From the UHGV virus genome UHGV-1372970: a stretch of DNA of 64,000 nt. One strand, given 5' to 3'. Both the position numbers and the translations under genes were made by a program. The stretch is from a virus. The notes under the pieces are model-generated. The model was given only the letters and a program-made list of their open reading frames with translations, had not been told where the DNA came from and did not search any database. Shown in pieces: positions 39,402 to 48,401 of the stretch; the first letter of the stretch is position 1, and the number at the start of each line of letters is the position of its first letter.

Positions 39402-40655
39402 TCTCGATCCACCAAGAATAACACGAGTCTTGACCGGGAATCGACGATGAATTGGATAACCCAGGGCATCGGCGCTGTGCTCGACGTTTCCAGTTTTATC
39501 AATGTCACGGCCACCTGGCTTATAAACCACCTTCTCCAGTGAATCGATCAGATGCTTACATTTCGGGTCGATGTACATGCGCACGTCGCCTGAAGCGGTC
39601 AGTAGCAGTCGGTTTACTGCGTTCACACGGTCAGCGATCGGCGGGTGCTTCTTCGGATGGTCAATTCGCATAAACCCCTTCTCCTTGAAGATGTCCACAT
39701 CCGATTCACCTCGCGCGTGCTGTCGGTATGCACCAGCGGGGTCAGGGAAAACTGTCACCTGGCTTTTCTGGCGCCAATACCGTCTCTCCAACTCATCACA
39801 CACTTCTGACGTGTTGGAAGAGAACAGGACAACCTCATCAATCGCCCAAACTTCGCCGTTAGGCTGCGGCTGCAGGATCACCGATGACATTGGGTCGATG
39901 TTGAAGTCCTGCCCCACCCAGATAGGTAAGCGTGGATTGAATTGCAGAGGCTTTACATGCACACCACGTTCAAACGGGTAATACACACGACCGGACATAT
40001 TTTCGAACGAAGCAAGATACTCCTGCGCGAACGATTTAGGGTCCATGTCGTTTTTGGCCGCTTCGATCTCGCTATCTGGGACGAATGGAGAATCTGCCGT
40101 CACAAACTGCCAGCTCTTCCACAACCCTTTTGCTTGCATCTCTGGGTTCTGGCCGATCATGAATAGCTTATGGAACTCTGAGAAGCCCTTTGGCGTACCG
40201 ATGATCAGCGCACCACCGCGGGTAGACGACAGCGTCGGTCGAAGCACCTTGTACCAGGTGTCCGGCTTCATATCCTGAAACTCATCCAGTACGACAAAGT
40301 TCAGAGCAACACCACGAAGCGTATCCGGCTTATCCGCCCCTTTTAGCGCGATCTCACTGCCGTTCTTCAGGATGATTGTCATCGTGGTATCGTTTTTCTT
40401 CGCGATCCACTTACGAGGCAATACTTCCTGAAGGTCATCCCACAGAATTTGTCGTGCCATCTGATACGTTGGTGCGATGTACCAGACACGCTGTTTGCGG
40501 TCAGCTGCGGCCGCTTTGATGATTTTAGAAATCGACAGTCGTGACTTGCCCCAGCGTCGACCGGCGCACACCACCTTGAAGCGGTGCGGTGACTTGAAGA
40601 CCCTCATCTGCCCCGAATGCAACTGAACCAAGCTCAGGGAGGATGGCATAGCCAT
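39399..40655 (-). CDS. Terminase large subunit
   Basis: Walker A VVCAGRRWGKS. Walker B/acidic NFVVLDEF. C-terminal RNase H-like nuclease region. 418 aa. Confidence 0.85.
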   Translation of the reverse strand: MAMPSSLSLVQLHSGQMRVFKSPHRFKVVCAGRRWGKSRLSISKIIKAAAADRKQRVWYIAPTYQMARQILWDDLQEVLPRKWIAKKNDTTMTIILKNGSEIALKGADKPDTLRGVALNFVVLDEFQDMKPDTWYKVLRPTLSSTRGGALIIGTPKGFSEFHKLFMIGQNPEMQAKGLWKSWQFVTADSPFVPDSEIEAAKNDMDPKSFAQEYLASFENMSGRVYYPFERGVHVKPLQFNPRLPIWVGQDFNIDPMSSVILQPQPNGEVWAIDEVVLFSSNTSEVCDELERRYWRQKSQVTVFPDPAGAYRQHARGESDVDIFKEKGFMRIDHPKKHPPIADRVNAVNRLLLTASGDVRMYIDPKCKHLIDSLEKVVYKPGGRDIDKTGNVEHSADALGYPIHRRFPVKTRVILGGSR

Positions 40656-41245
40656 TAGTCATCCCCCTCGTCGTCTTCATCGAACGCATCCAGCATCTCA
40701 ACGTCATCGACCAGATTATCCTCGTCCATTTTCTTGAGTTCGCTAACCTGGGCTGATGTCAGCTCACCGAAGACCAAATTCGGGATCTCGTCACTGATGT
40801 CATCGTCTTTTTCCAGACCTAACGCACGACTGGTCACGTCAAAGCATTTCTGAATGACCGCACTGGCTCGCTGAAGCGATTTGATGTTGTCCTCAATGAG
40901 CGCCAATGGCTTACCCTCTCGGGTGGCACTCAGAACCTCTTTCATGGTCAAGCGGCCGATGTTTTGCGCCCAGGTATCGTAGGATTCTTTTCGTTCTTCG
41001 ATTTTCTGCGCACGTGCACGTGCACGGATTTCTGCATCCGATTTAAGCGACTCGCGGATCATCTCACCGACACTGTCTGAGCCTTTGGCGATACCCTTCT
41101 TTTTGAAGTACCGCGAGAAGGTTTCAGAGCGCGTGCCGTACTCTTCTTCGAGCATTGATAAGGTGTATTCGCCGGAGCGCCACTTAGCCTCAATCTCTGC
41201 CCACTGCGCCGGAGACAGGCGCGGTTTTTTGGCGGTTTCTGTCAT
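40655..41245 (-). CDS. Terminase small subunit (HTH DNA-binding N-terminus, acidic C-terminus)
   Basis: 196 aa, immediately upstream of terL with overlapping stop/start. N-terminal ...LSPAQWAEIEAKWRSGEYTLSMLEEEYG... HTH. Confidence 0.6.
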   Translation of the reverse strand: MTETAKKPRLSPAQWAEIEAKWRSGEYTLSMLEEEYGTRSETFSRYFKKKGIAKGSDSVGEMIRESLKSDAEIRARARAQKIEERKESYDTWAQNIGRLTMKEVLSATREGKPLALIEDNIKSLQRASAVIQKCFDVTSRALGLEKDDDISDEIPNLVFGELTSAQVSELKKMDEDNLVDDVEMLDAFDEDDEGDD

Positions 41246-41280
41246 AGTTCCCTCTAATTCCGCTCGGCATCTTCCTGACG

Positions 41281-41303
41281 CCTTAAAACAAATTGTTTTC
41301 TGG
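41281..41303. promoter_or_regulatory. Early-type operator element CCTTAAAACAAATTGTTTTCTGG upstream of terS
   Basis: Member of the dispersed AAACAAnTTGTTT element family. 36-58 nt upstream of the terS start codon. Confidence 0.45.
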
Positions 41304-41414
41304 TGGTAGTTGTTTACTAAGCAACCAAAAAACTAAAAAAACAGAGCCGTGCTCTGGATATTTATATATCTGGCAGTTCTTCTTTTAAAAACATACAGAA
41401 TCAGGCTCTTTCAA

Positions 41415-41681
41415 CTACACCAGCAGCATTTTTGCTTTTGCTCTGCCCAAGATAGTCAGCCCCAGCGTCCGACGATGATGCAGCGTTTCGCCCCGCGGCC
41501 GACAGTCGTGCTTTTCAACCAGTCCCTTTTTGATGAGCGCACGTAGAGAAAACTGCATACTCTGCTTGGAGGTTCGGTATGGCAGGATCTCCAGCAACTC
41601 ATCCAGATCGAGAAGATGCCCACGCTCATAACCGAGACTGATTGTTTTGATGATGTCTTTTTGCTTTGATGTCAGGTTCAT
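41415..41681 (-). CDS. Small winged-helix DNA-binding protein (putative regulator)
   Basis: 88 aa. ...KQKDIIKTISLGYERGHLLDLDELLEILPYRTSKQSMQFSLRALIKKGLVEK... wHTH (MarR/TrmB-like) pattern. Confidence 0.4.
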   Translation of the reverse strand: MNLTSKQKDIIKTISLGYERGHLLDLDELLEILPYRTSKQSMQFSLRALIKKGLVEKHDCRPRGETLHHRRTLGLTILGRAKAKMLLV

Positions 41682-41690
41682 TTTGTATCC

Positions 41691-42581
41691 TTACAAAATT
41701 TTCGTTAAATCCAGCGGCGCATCCAGCGGCTGGTTATCAAATGCCAGAAGCGGTAAAACGTCCGGCAGCTGGCGACCGAAGTCTGGGTTCCGATACACGC
41801 CATACAGAGGGCTGGTGAAGCTCAGTGTGTGAATATCCTTCAGCAGCTTCACAATACTGCTCTCGTCAGTCAGCGAGTCAGCAATGTCCTGTACTGTCGT
41901 TCCGCGGTTTCGGCCAGCTTTAGCCAGACTTGAATTTTTGTGGTAGTTCGCAACCAGATCATGCAATGCACGTTTCCTGCGCCCCTCCGCCATTTTAAGC
42001 AGCTCTTTCACCACAGACTCGTTATCGCCAGGGTCAGCTCTGAAATGGCGCTGGAAGACTTTTAGAGCGCTTTCGTAGGAGCGTGGTCGTTCTGGTTTGA
42101 TAAACTGGAACCCTGCTTTCATAGCGAACGGGTTGTATTTGCTCATCGACGACTGAACTTCCAGAATTGGCTTGTCGTGCATACGACTGGCAATATTCAT
42201 GAACCGGTACGAAAGCCCCAGCCCACGGTACTGCGTATCGGCCACCAGACGACTGACAACGGCGAACTCCTGATTCACGCGCTTACCCCAGATCTGATTA
42301 GCCTCTTTCGTGTTCGACGTTGGCTTAATGTCTGGGAACATGCGGTGGCGCGGCGCCAGCAGCAGCTTCGGATAGGCCATAACCAAAACACCGATAAGAC
42401 GGCCGTCAAGTTCGGCGCGATAGTAGGATGGTGCGAACGGCTTGCCGTCTGTTTTGTAGTGCAACCCTTTCAGCGCGTTCCAATCCTCAACCGTCCCTCT
42501 CTTCACCACGATGCGCTCCATGAAATCCAGATGGCGCGGGAACTCTTCAGGCTGGTGGTGCGTGATAACTACATCGTTCAT
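41691..42581 (-). CDS. GNAT-fold acetyltransferase-like protein (296 aa)
   Basis: GNAT motif A ...VSRLVADTQYRGLGLSYRFMN... preceded by hVLVMAYP beta strand. Long C-terminal helical extension. Confidence 0.4.
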   Translation of the reverse strand: MNDVVITHHQPEEFPRHLDFMERIVVKRGTVEDWNALKGLHYKTDGKPFAPSYYRAELDGRLIGVLVMAYPKLLLAPRHRMFPDIKPTSNTKEANQIWGKRVNQEFAVVSRLVADTQYRGLGLSYRFMNIASRMHDKPILEVQSSMSKYNPFAMKAGFQFIKPERPRSYESALKVFQRHFRADPGDNESVVKELLKMAEGRRKRALHDLVANYHKNSSLAKAGRNRGTTVQDIADSLTDESSIVKLLKDIHTLSFTSPLYGVYRNPDFGRQLPDVLPLLAFDNQPLDAPLDLTKIL

Positions 42582-43135
42582 CGCTTCATCACCTTTCTGA
42601 CACTCTCGAACCCACCCTGGCGAATCGTATGAGGATCTCGTGTTACGATTGAGGCGATCGGGGGCAAGCCACCGGCTTTCTTATCAGCCTTAAACTGACG
42701 AAATGCCGCATCGAGCATTTCCGCGACGTAGCCCTGTAGATAGGTGATGGCTTCCTGATCGGACAGATGTACACCGTGAGATTCAGCCGTCGACATCGCG
42801 ACGTGCAATGCTTCATGCCACAGTGTTTTCTCGTCCTGACTGTCTGGCAGGAACACACCATGCACAGAGCGATCGGCTTCGAAGTAACCCATATCAGTGA
42901 CCCAGCCGCCCACGTCATCAATGAACTGGCTGTCATCCACTCCGTATAGCTGTTTCATGGTTTCGACATAACGAGCGGCGCCGAAGACAACCACGCAGCG
43001 ACTGTAATAAGGCGCCACGCGGAAACCGTATGCACCGTGCGCTCTCAGCCATTCACGCCATTCGCCTTCAGTGGTGAAGCGGCGCCGCAGCTGGGCGCCC
43101 TCGAAGATTGGAAAAACCTTGCTATCAATGCTCAT
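42578..43135 (-). CDS. HExxH zinc-metallopeptidase-like protein (SprT/ImmA-like, 185 aa)
   Basis: ...TLWHEALHVAMSTAESHG... HExxH motif with downstream acidic residue. Overlapping start/stop with neighbours. Confidence 0.45.
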   Translation of the reverse strand: MSIDSKVFPIFEGAQLRRRFTTEGEWREWLRAHGAYGFRVAPYYSRCVVVFGAARYVETMKQLYGVDDSQFIDDVGGWVTDMGYFEADRSVHGVFLPDSQDEKTLWHEALHVAMSTAESHGVHLSDQEAITYLQGYVAEMLDAAFRQFKADKKAGGLPPIASIVTRDPHTIRQGGFESVRKVMKR

Positions 43136-43766
43136 AGTCCACCTTCACACGTTCTTTGTAGTGCTTGGTGATCTGCACAGACGGACGCAGCGCGTTCTTT
43201 AAATCTTCGTGCGTGGTAGCGACGATAACCGTTGCGCCGGCAGCGCGGGCGGCACGCTGTAGGTTCGACGCAACAACCTGCGCCGTGACACGGTCAAGAA
43301 CGGCTCCAAATTCGTCAGCTACCCAGACATCAGCCCCGGACTCAATCAGCTTGGCGATTTTGAGACGGTACTTTTGACCGTCCGACATCTCAGACGGCTT
43401 CCGCACAAACAGATAGGCATCATTCAAGCCGGCCATGGACAACAGGCCCAGCGCGTCGCTGGTGGTTTTCCCCAACTGGTCTATTACGTTGGTATCGTCC
43501 CGAAAGACGAAGTCATCAATGGACGCAACAGTTTGACCGTTTTTCGCCATCAAACTCTGTAGCTCACGCAAAATAACGGACTTACCGGAACCAGACTGAC
43601 CTGTCACGTAAACGACGTCGCCGCCTGCAATATCCAGCTCAAGGTTGTCATAGAGAGTCCACTCTTTTTCCTCCAGACCCAGGCCAAACGACTCTGCAAT
43701 CTCCAACGTGCGGATCGTTTTATTGACCCGCGTGTTAAAGGCAACGTTGATAAGGTACTTACCCAT
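43125..43766 (-). CDS. Small ABC-type ATPase (about 214 aa). The tracked ORF 43125-44000 is probably N-terminally over-extended.
   Basis: Walker A GQSGSGKS. ABC signature MSDGQKYRL. Walker B VWVADEFGAVLD. H-loop TTHEDL. Internal ATG at about 43764-43766 (MGKYLINVAF...) gives an 8-nt overlap with the upstream ParB-like stop. Confidence 0.6.
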   Translation of the reverse strand: MGKYLINVAFNTRVNKTIRTLEIAESFGLGLEEKEWTLYDNLELDIAGGDVVYVTGQSGSGKSVILRELQSLMAKNGQTVASIDDFVFRDDTNVIDQLGKTTSDALGLLSMAGLNDAYLFVRKPSEMSDGQKYRLKIAKLIESGADVWVADEFGAVLDRVTAQVVASNLQRAARAAGATVIVATTHEDLKNALRPSVQITKHYKERVKVDYEH

Positions 43767-44439
43767 GCTCCGTCGCTCCTTCGGAGATTTTCGCAGCATA
43801 AGCGAGGAAGGCAGCTTCACCCATAAGACCGGTTTCGTCTTCCATCCACGCCAGCAAATCACCCACCACGATTGCATCGCTGGTCGGGACATCTTTAAAG
43901 CCCAGAATATCGACGATACGAGTGCGGCCACCTGCGACCTCTTCCGTAATCGACTTGTGCTCTTCGCGCTGGCGCTCTGCCTCTTCGTTGAGATCGTCAA
44001 TCAGCGTGTCATCGGCCATCTTTTCAGTGAGATCTTCGATAAACACCTTCAGCTCGCGATCCTCAAAACCGTAAATATCGACACCATCATCCTGAAGCAG
44101 CTCGGTCAGCTCTTCCTGCATACGAACTGCGTCATAATCGATACTGGCGAGTCGGTTGTCTTCGAGGCGCTTAGCGCGTACAGCGCTTTCTGACAGGTCA
44201 TCACGAACGATGACGGGAACAGTAGCAAGCCCCGCCAGCAGTGCGGCTTCACGTCGGCCGTGACCGGTGATGATCACTCGATGCTTATCAACGGTGATAG
44301 GCTGGTCGAACCCGCGGCTTTTGATGGCAGCGGCCAGGTCTTTGATCTGGCGTTCATCATGTTTTTTCGCGTTTTTCTCATACGGGATGAGCGTGCGCGG
44401 GTCTAAATATTTAATTTTAAACGACTTTTCCATCGACAA
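43759..44439 (-). CDS. ParB-N (ParB/Srx nuclease-like) domain protein with acidic C-terminus
   Basis: ...ITVDKHRVIITGHGRREAALLAGLATVPV... ParB box II-like GxxRxxA motif. Confidence 0.65.
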   Translation of the reverse strand: MSMEKSFKIKYLDPRTLIPYEKNAKKHDERQIKDLAAAIKSRGFDQPITVDKHRVIITGHGRREAALLAGLATVPVIVRDDLSESAVRAKRLEDNRLASIDYDAVRMQEELTELLQDDGVDIYGFEDRELKVFIEDLTEKMADDTLIDDLNEEAERQREEHKSITEEVAGGRTRIVDILGFKDVPTSDAIVVGDLLAWMEDETGLMGEAAFLAYAAKISEGATEHG

Positions 44440-45130
44440 CGTCCTTGTAATATTGAGTCAGCCATACCAGGGCCTCGCCAGCGTCTTCCATGTCGCTGCC
44501 TGTCTTAATACCCTGTTCACGGATAATGGTTTTTACGATTTCAGTGACACCTTCAGCGGTATCAAAAGAAACCTTAAAACGCATGGTCTGGTGCTCCACG
44601 CCGAGGCGCTCTTTCGTTTCACGGGGGTCTGCCTCCGCTACACTGTCACCTTCCTCACCCAGCAATCCCAGCTCTTCGAGGTCGATCCGGGACTCACGCG
44701 CCAGCGTTGCCGTCAATTCCTCGTCATATGGGGCGATTTCAGCCAGCGAGTAGTCGATTTCAGCCTGAATACTCTCAATCAGACGCTGAAGCTCGACCGC
44801 ATCGTCCTCACCGTAACGCTCGTTATCGACCAGAGACATTTGCTTAGCGACGTTGTCCTCAACGACGCCCACTGATGTCACCGGCACTGAAGCCATGCCC
44901 TGCTCAATAGCAGCACGCCAGCGGTGTTCTCCGCCGAGGATCTGATAGGTGCCATCTTCCATATCGCGAACGAGGATCGGCTTGAAGAAACCGAGACGGT
45001 CGATTGAGTTTTTCAGCTTGTCGAAGTTTTGCGCACCGACAACATTCGTATTCCAGGGGTTAGGCCGCAGCTGGGCTGTCTCCACCGTCAAAATACTAAT
45101 TTTAACGTCCATATTTTTGATACAATCCAT
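44417..45130 (-). CDS. ParB-N domain protein (paralogous to downstream gene)
   Basis: ...ILVRDMEDGTYQILGGEHRWRAAIEQGMASVPV... ParB N-terminal domain motif; acidic middle region. Confidence 0.65.
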   Translation of the reverse strand: MDCIKNMDVKISILTVETAQLRPNPWNTNVVGAQNFDKLKNSIDRLGFFKPILVRDMEDGTYQILGGEHRWRAAIEQGMASVPVTSVGVVEDNVAKQMSLVDNERYGEDDAVELQRLIESIQAEIDYSLAEIAPYDEELTATLARESRIDLEELGLLGEEGDSVAEADPRETKERLGVEHQTMRFKVSFDTAEGVTEIVKTIIREQGIKTGSDMEDAGEALVWLTQYYKDVVDGKVV

Positions 45131-45135
45131 TTAGT

Positions 45136-45152
45136 AAGTAGTTACTTATATA
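45136..45152. promoter_or_regulatory. Late-type palindrome TAAGTAGTTACTTA in the divergent ParB-cluster/helicase promoter region
   Basis: Perfect TAAGTA-GT-TACTTA. Lies in the 65-bp gap between divergent genes. Confidence 0.4.
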
Positions 45153-45195
45153 GAATACCCAATTAGCATAAATAAGGCACGAAGGAAATTAAAAA

Positions 45196-46773
45196 ATGAC
45201 AGTCAGGATTGTTTTTGACGCAGTCAACGCCATCGTCAAAGGGGCAGATGACGACGTTAATCTAAAAATACAGAAAATGCTTAGTTACGACGTGGATGGC
45301 GGTCGATACAGTGGCGGCGATAGTGGCTGGAATGGTCAGAGCACCATGTTCAGTTGGGCTAACGGTGTGTTTCCCGCGGGATTTGCGCGAGCCGTCGCTG
45401 CAGATCTTGGTCGGTCTGGAGTTAAGTGCGCTCTTGTCAGGAAAGAACTCACTAAGCCTCTCGGTAAGCCAAACCCTGTAGTAAGCCCATTCCCATACAA
45501 CCCAGATTACGCTTACCAAGATGAAACGTGCGAGCGTCTGGTTCGTTTTGGCGGAATGATCGCGCAAGTGGCTACCGGTGGCGGGAAATCTCAAATAGCG
45601 TGTAAGGCGGCTGCGCGGATTGGTCGCATGACGCTGTTTATCACCACGCGGTCTATGCTCATGTACCAGATGCAGGAAAATTTTCAGGAATCAATGGATT
45701 ACCGCGCCTCACATGGTGAGCCATGGCTGGAGAATGAAAAGGTTGGTGTCATCGGCTCTGGTGAACTGAAGTTCTCTCGCTTCATTAACGTGGCGACTGT
45801 TCAGACGCTCTCCAGCTTTCTGAGTGAGCCTGGCCGGGATTTAAGTAAAGAGAAGCGCGACTTCCATCTTCGTCGTCGCGAACTCATCAAAAAGATGCTG
45901 GCCAACGTATCTCTACTGATTCTCGAAGAGGCGCACGAGGCATCAGGCGAAAGCTTCTATGAAATAGCCCGGCTCTGTAAAAATGCGGATTATCGTTTAG
46001 CGCTGACAGCAACGCCCTTCATGAAGGACAGCACCGAAGCGAACATGCGACTGATGGCCGTATCTGGTCGAATAGAGATCAAAGTGTCTGAAAAATATCT
46101 GATTGATAAAGGTATTTTGGCAAAACCCTTTTTCCTTTATCGTAAAATCGGTTACGTTCCTGATACTGAACGGCTTAACAAGGAATTAACAGGCAAACAT
46201 GTAAACTTCCGCGTAAGCATGACGACAGCGTATCAGAAGGCATATCAGCTCGGCATCACATATAATCTGGCTCGAAATAGCGCGATTGTTGACACCGCCG
46301 TGACCTTTAAGCAATTTGGTTTAAGCTGCATGACGCTGGTTAGGCATGAAAGACACGGGCAGATACTGAAAGAAATGCTGGAGCAAAGAGGTTTAGTAGC
46401 GAGTTTTATCAATGGGAAATCTTCAGCAGCAACGCGATCGGCCAAGCTGATTGAACTTGCTACAGGAAAGATTGACGTACTGATAGGCTCAACGATTCTG
46501 GATGTGGGTGTAGACGTCCCGAGCGTAGGATCGGTAATCATGGCTGGTGGCGGAAAAGCGGAAGTGGAGCTTAGACAGCGTGTGGGGCGAGGTCTTCGCA
46601 AAAAGAAAAACCAGGCTAACGTCTGCTTCGTTGCAGATTTTCTGGACACATCCAACAAGCACCTCATGTCACACTCCTACGAGCGGAAAAACATCATCGA
46701 GACGACGCCCGGGTTTGCGGAAGGTCTTCTTGGGATTGATGGTAAATTCGACTTCTCGATTCTCGCGTCTTAA
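45196..46773 (+). CDS. Superfamily-2 (DEAD/DEAH-like) helicase
   Basis: Motif I TGGGKS. DEAH-like LILEEAHE. Helicase C motifs ...VLIGSTILDVGVDVP... and ...QRVGRGLR... Confidence 0.8.
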   Translation: MTVRIVFDAVNAIVKGADDDVNLKIQKMLSYDVDGGRYSGGDSGWNGQSTMFSWANGVFPAGFARAVAADLGRSGVKCALVRKELTKPLGKPNPVVSPFPYNPDYAYQDETCERLVRFGGMIAQVATGGGKSQIACKAAARIGRMTLFITTRSMLMYQMQENFQESMDYRASHGEPWLENEKVGVIGSGELKFSRFINVATVQTLSSFLSEPGRDLSKEKRDFHLRRRELIKKMLANVSLLILEEAHEASGESFYEIARLCKNADYRLALTATPFMKDSTEANMRLMAVSGRIEIKVSEKYLIDKGILAKPFFLYRKIGYVPDTERLNKELTGKHVNFRVSMTTAYQKAYQLGITYNLARNSAIVDTAVTFKQFGLSCMTLVRHERHGQILKEMLEQRGLVASFINGKSSAATRSAKLIELATGKIDVLIGSTILDVGVDVPSVGSVIMAGGGKAEVELRQRVGRGLRKKKNQANVCFVADFLDTSNKHLMSHSYERKNIIETTPGFAEGLLGIDGKFDFSILAS

Positions 46774-46803
46774 AGTTTATGGCCGGTCTTTTGACCGGCA
46801 CTT

Positions 46804-47172
46804 ATGGGGGGAAAGACCATGAAAGAGCAATCTCAGCACAACTCAGACGTAGCTATCACGAAGCAACGCGGAGACGTGCACAAGCAAGATGACACGAAGT
46901 TCATAAGTTGCCATCTTAAGCTATCACCGGTTGCTGACAAACAATTGATTAAGATTCAGCAACTGTTGCGAAACGACAACATAAAATTATCAAAAACCGG
47001 TGTTATAAATCTCCTTCTTGAAAATTTAAATGCAGAACTTTTCCTTAACGATTTGTCTACAATACTCGGCAATCGTCTTCAAAATAAAATAGCCCAAGTT
47101 TTTCTCAATTCAGATATGAACGACGAAGATTTAGAGATATTGAAGAGAATGGAAAGAAACAAGAAGAAATAA
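46804..47172 (+). CDS. Hypothetical protein, AT-rich moron gene (true start possibly ATGAAAGAG at about 46819)
   Basis: ORF track; low GC relative to flanking genes. Confidence 0.4.
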   Translation: MGGKTMKEQSQHNSDVAITKQRGDVHKQDDTKFISCHLKLSPVADKQLIKIQQLLRNDNIKLSKTGVINLLLENLNAELFLNDLSTILGNRLQNKIAQVFLNSDMNDEDLEILKRMERNKKK

Positions 47173-47236
47173 AGAAGATTACTATTAACACAAAGGCGTC
47201 AACAAGACGTCTTTTGATTTAACAAGTCGGGCTATT

Positions 47237-47770
47237 ATGAACAAGACAGATTTCACATACGGAATTAATGCAGAGAAGGAAAGAGATCTCTCATTAACTA
47301 TGGGGTATTTTAAACATCTCCAGAGCAAAAGATTACCTGTAAGGGTCGTGGCAGCTGATGGGCAGGCTTTCTCAATGCGAGTGACTGGGTTCGACCTACG
47401 GTCAAGTCGCATCTACTTCTCACCCTTTACTGATGACGCCAAGGCGAATCGCGTCATCATACCAGCCGAGTATATAATCTCCGCAGAGGTGATTGACGCC
47501 TCAGAAGTAGACACAATCCATAAAGGCCAGCTGACGTTGAGGCGTGGTGATTTTGAAGACAATGGCTACATTCGCTCAGGCAGAGACTTCTTTCAGGTAA
47601 TTCGTTACGCATACCAGCAGGGCAAGCCTATAAGGGTCTATCTGTCCGATAACCGAGTATTGGAAGGTGTATCAACCGGCATGAATGAGCAATCAGTCGG
47701 CTTAAGGCTTTCTAACAACAAAACCATCCAGCTATACTATGATTGGGTCGACCGTATTGTCCCCCTTTAA
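47237..47770 (+). CDS. Hypothetical protein with an internal tandem duplication of a roughly 60-aa beta-rich unit
   Basis: Two similar segments: ...LPVRVVAADGQAFSMRVTGFDLRSSRIYFSP... and ...KPIRVYLSDNRVLEGVSTGMNEQSVGLRLSNN... Confidence 0.4.
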   Translation: MNKTDFTYGINAEKERDLSLTMGYFKHLQSKRLPVRVVAADGQAFSMRVTGFDLRSSRIYFSPFTDDAKANRVIIPAEYIISAEVIDASEVDTIHKGQLTLRRGDFEDNGYIRSGRDFFQVIRYAYQQGKPIRVYLSDNRVLEGVSTGMNEQSVGLRLSNNKTIQLYYDWVDRIVPL

Positions 47771-48093
47771 GCAATCAAGTAGAGATGAAGATGATTTATA
47801 AAGCTGTCGCAGTACCTCTTACTCTTTCCTGCCTCATGTTCGCCGCAACCTCATTCGCAAAGGAAGGTCCAAAAATGGCGCAGGTCCTCACGAATGTGTC
47901 CGCCACCATTTGCACGTCACCAGAGAAAAGAGAAGAGTGCTATGCGATGATCGCGGCCGTTGCGGAAATGTCGAGAGTGGTTGGGGAGACAGCAGCCAAC
48001 TGCGGGGATGATGTAAGTAGTAAGGTTTGCATCTACAACAAGACGGACTCTGTAATAATACAGAACTGGTACGATGGCAGCGCGAAAAAATAA
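47743..48093 (+). CDS. Small secreted/periplasmic protein (signal peptide; true start probably MKMIYK at about 47785)
   Basis: N-terminal MKMIYKAVAVPLTLSCLMFAATSFA signal peptide. Cys-containing mature part. Confidence 0.45.
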   Translation: MGRPYCPPLSNQVEMKMIYKAVAVPLTLSCLMFAATSFAKEGPKMAQVLTNVSATICTSPEKREECYAMIAAVAEMSRVVGETAANCGDDVSSKVCIYNKTDSVIIQNWYDGSAKK

Positions 48094-48401
48094 TATATAA
48101 GGTAATAATGCCGGCCTAGTGTCGGTATTATTATATGCATCAGTTTTGACTAATTTAATTTAACCCCGACCGCACCACAGCTCATTATATATAAGGGTAA
48201 AAGCCCTAGCCTGTTATTTATTTAGGGAACACCTTCCACGTAAACGCGTTTATTTCTAGGACTTTACTTTTTTGCGTTTTATTAAAAATAACGCTTGCGT
48301 AAATTTTCCGTATGTCGATAATGGAACCCAACGAAACGACACGAACAAATAAACGTTTCGATTATGGCGAAAGCCAATACATTTAAATAAAGGAAAAAAT
48401 T

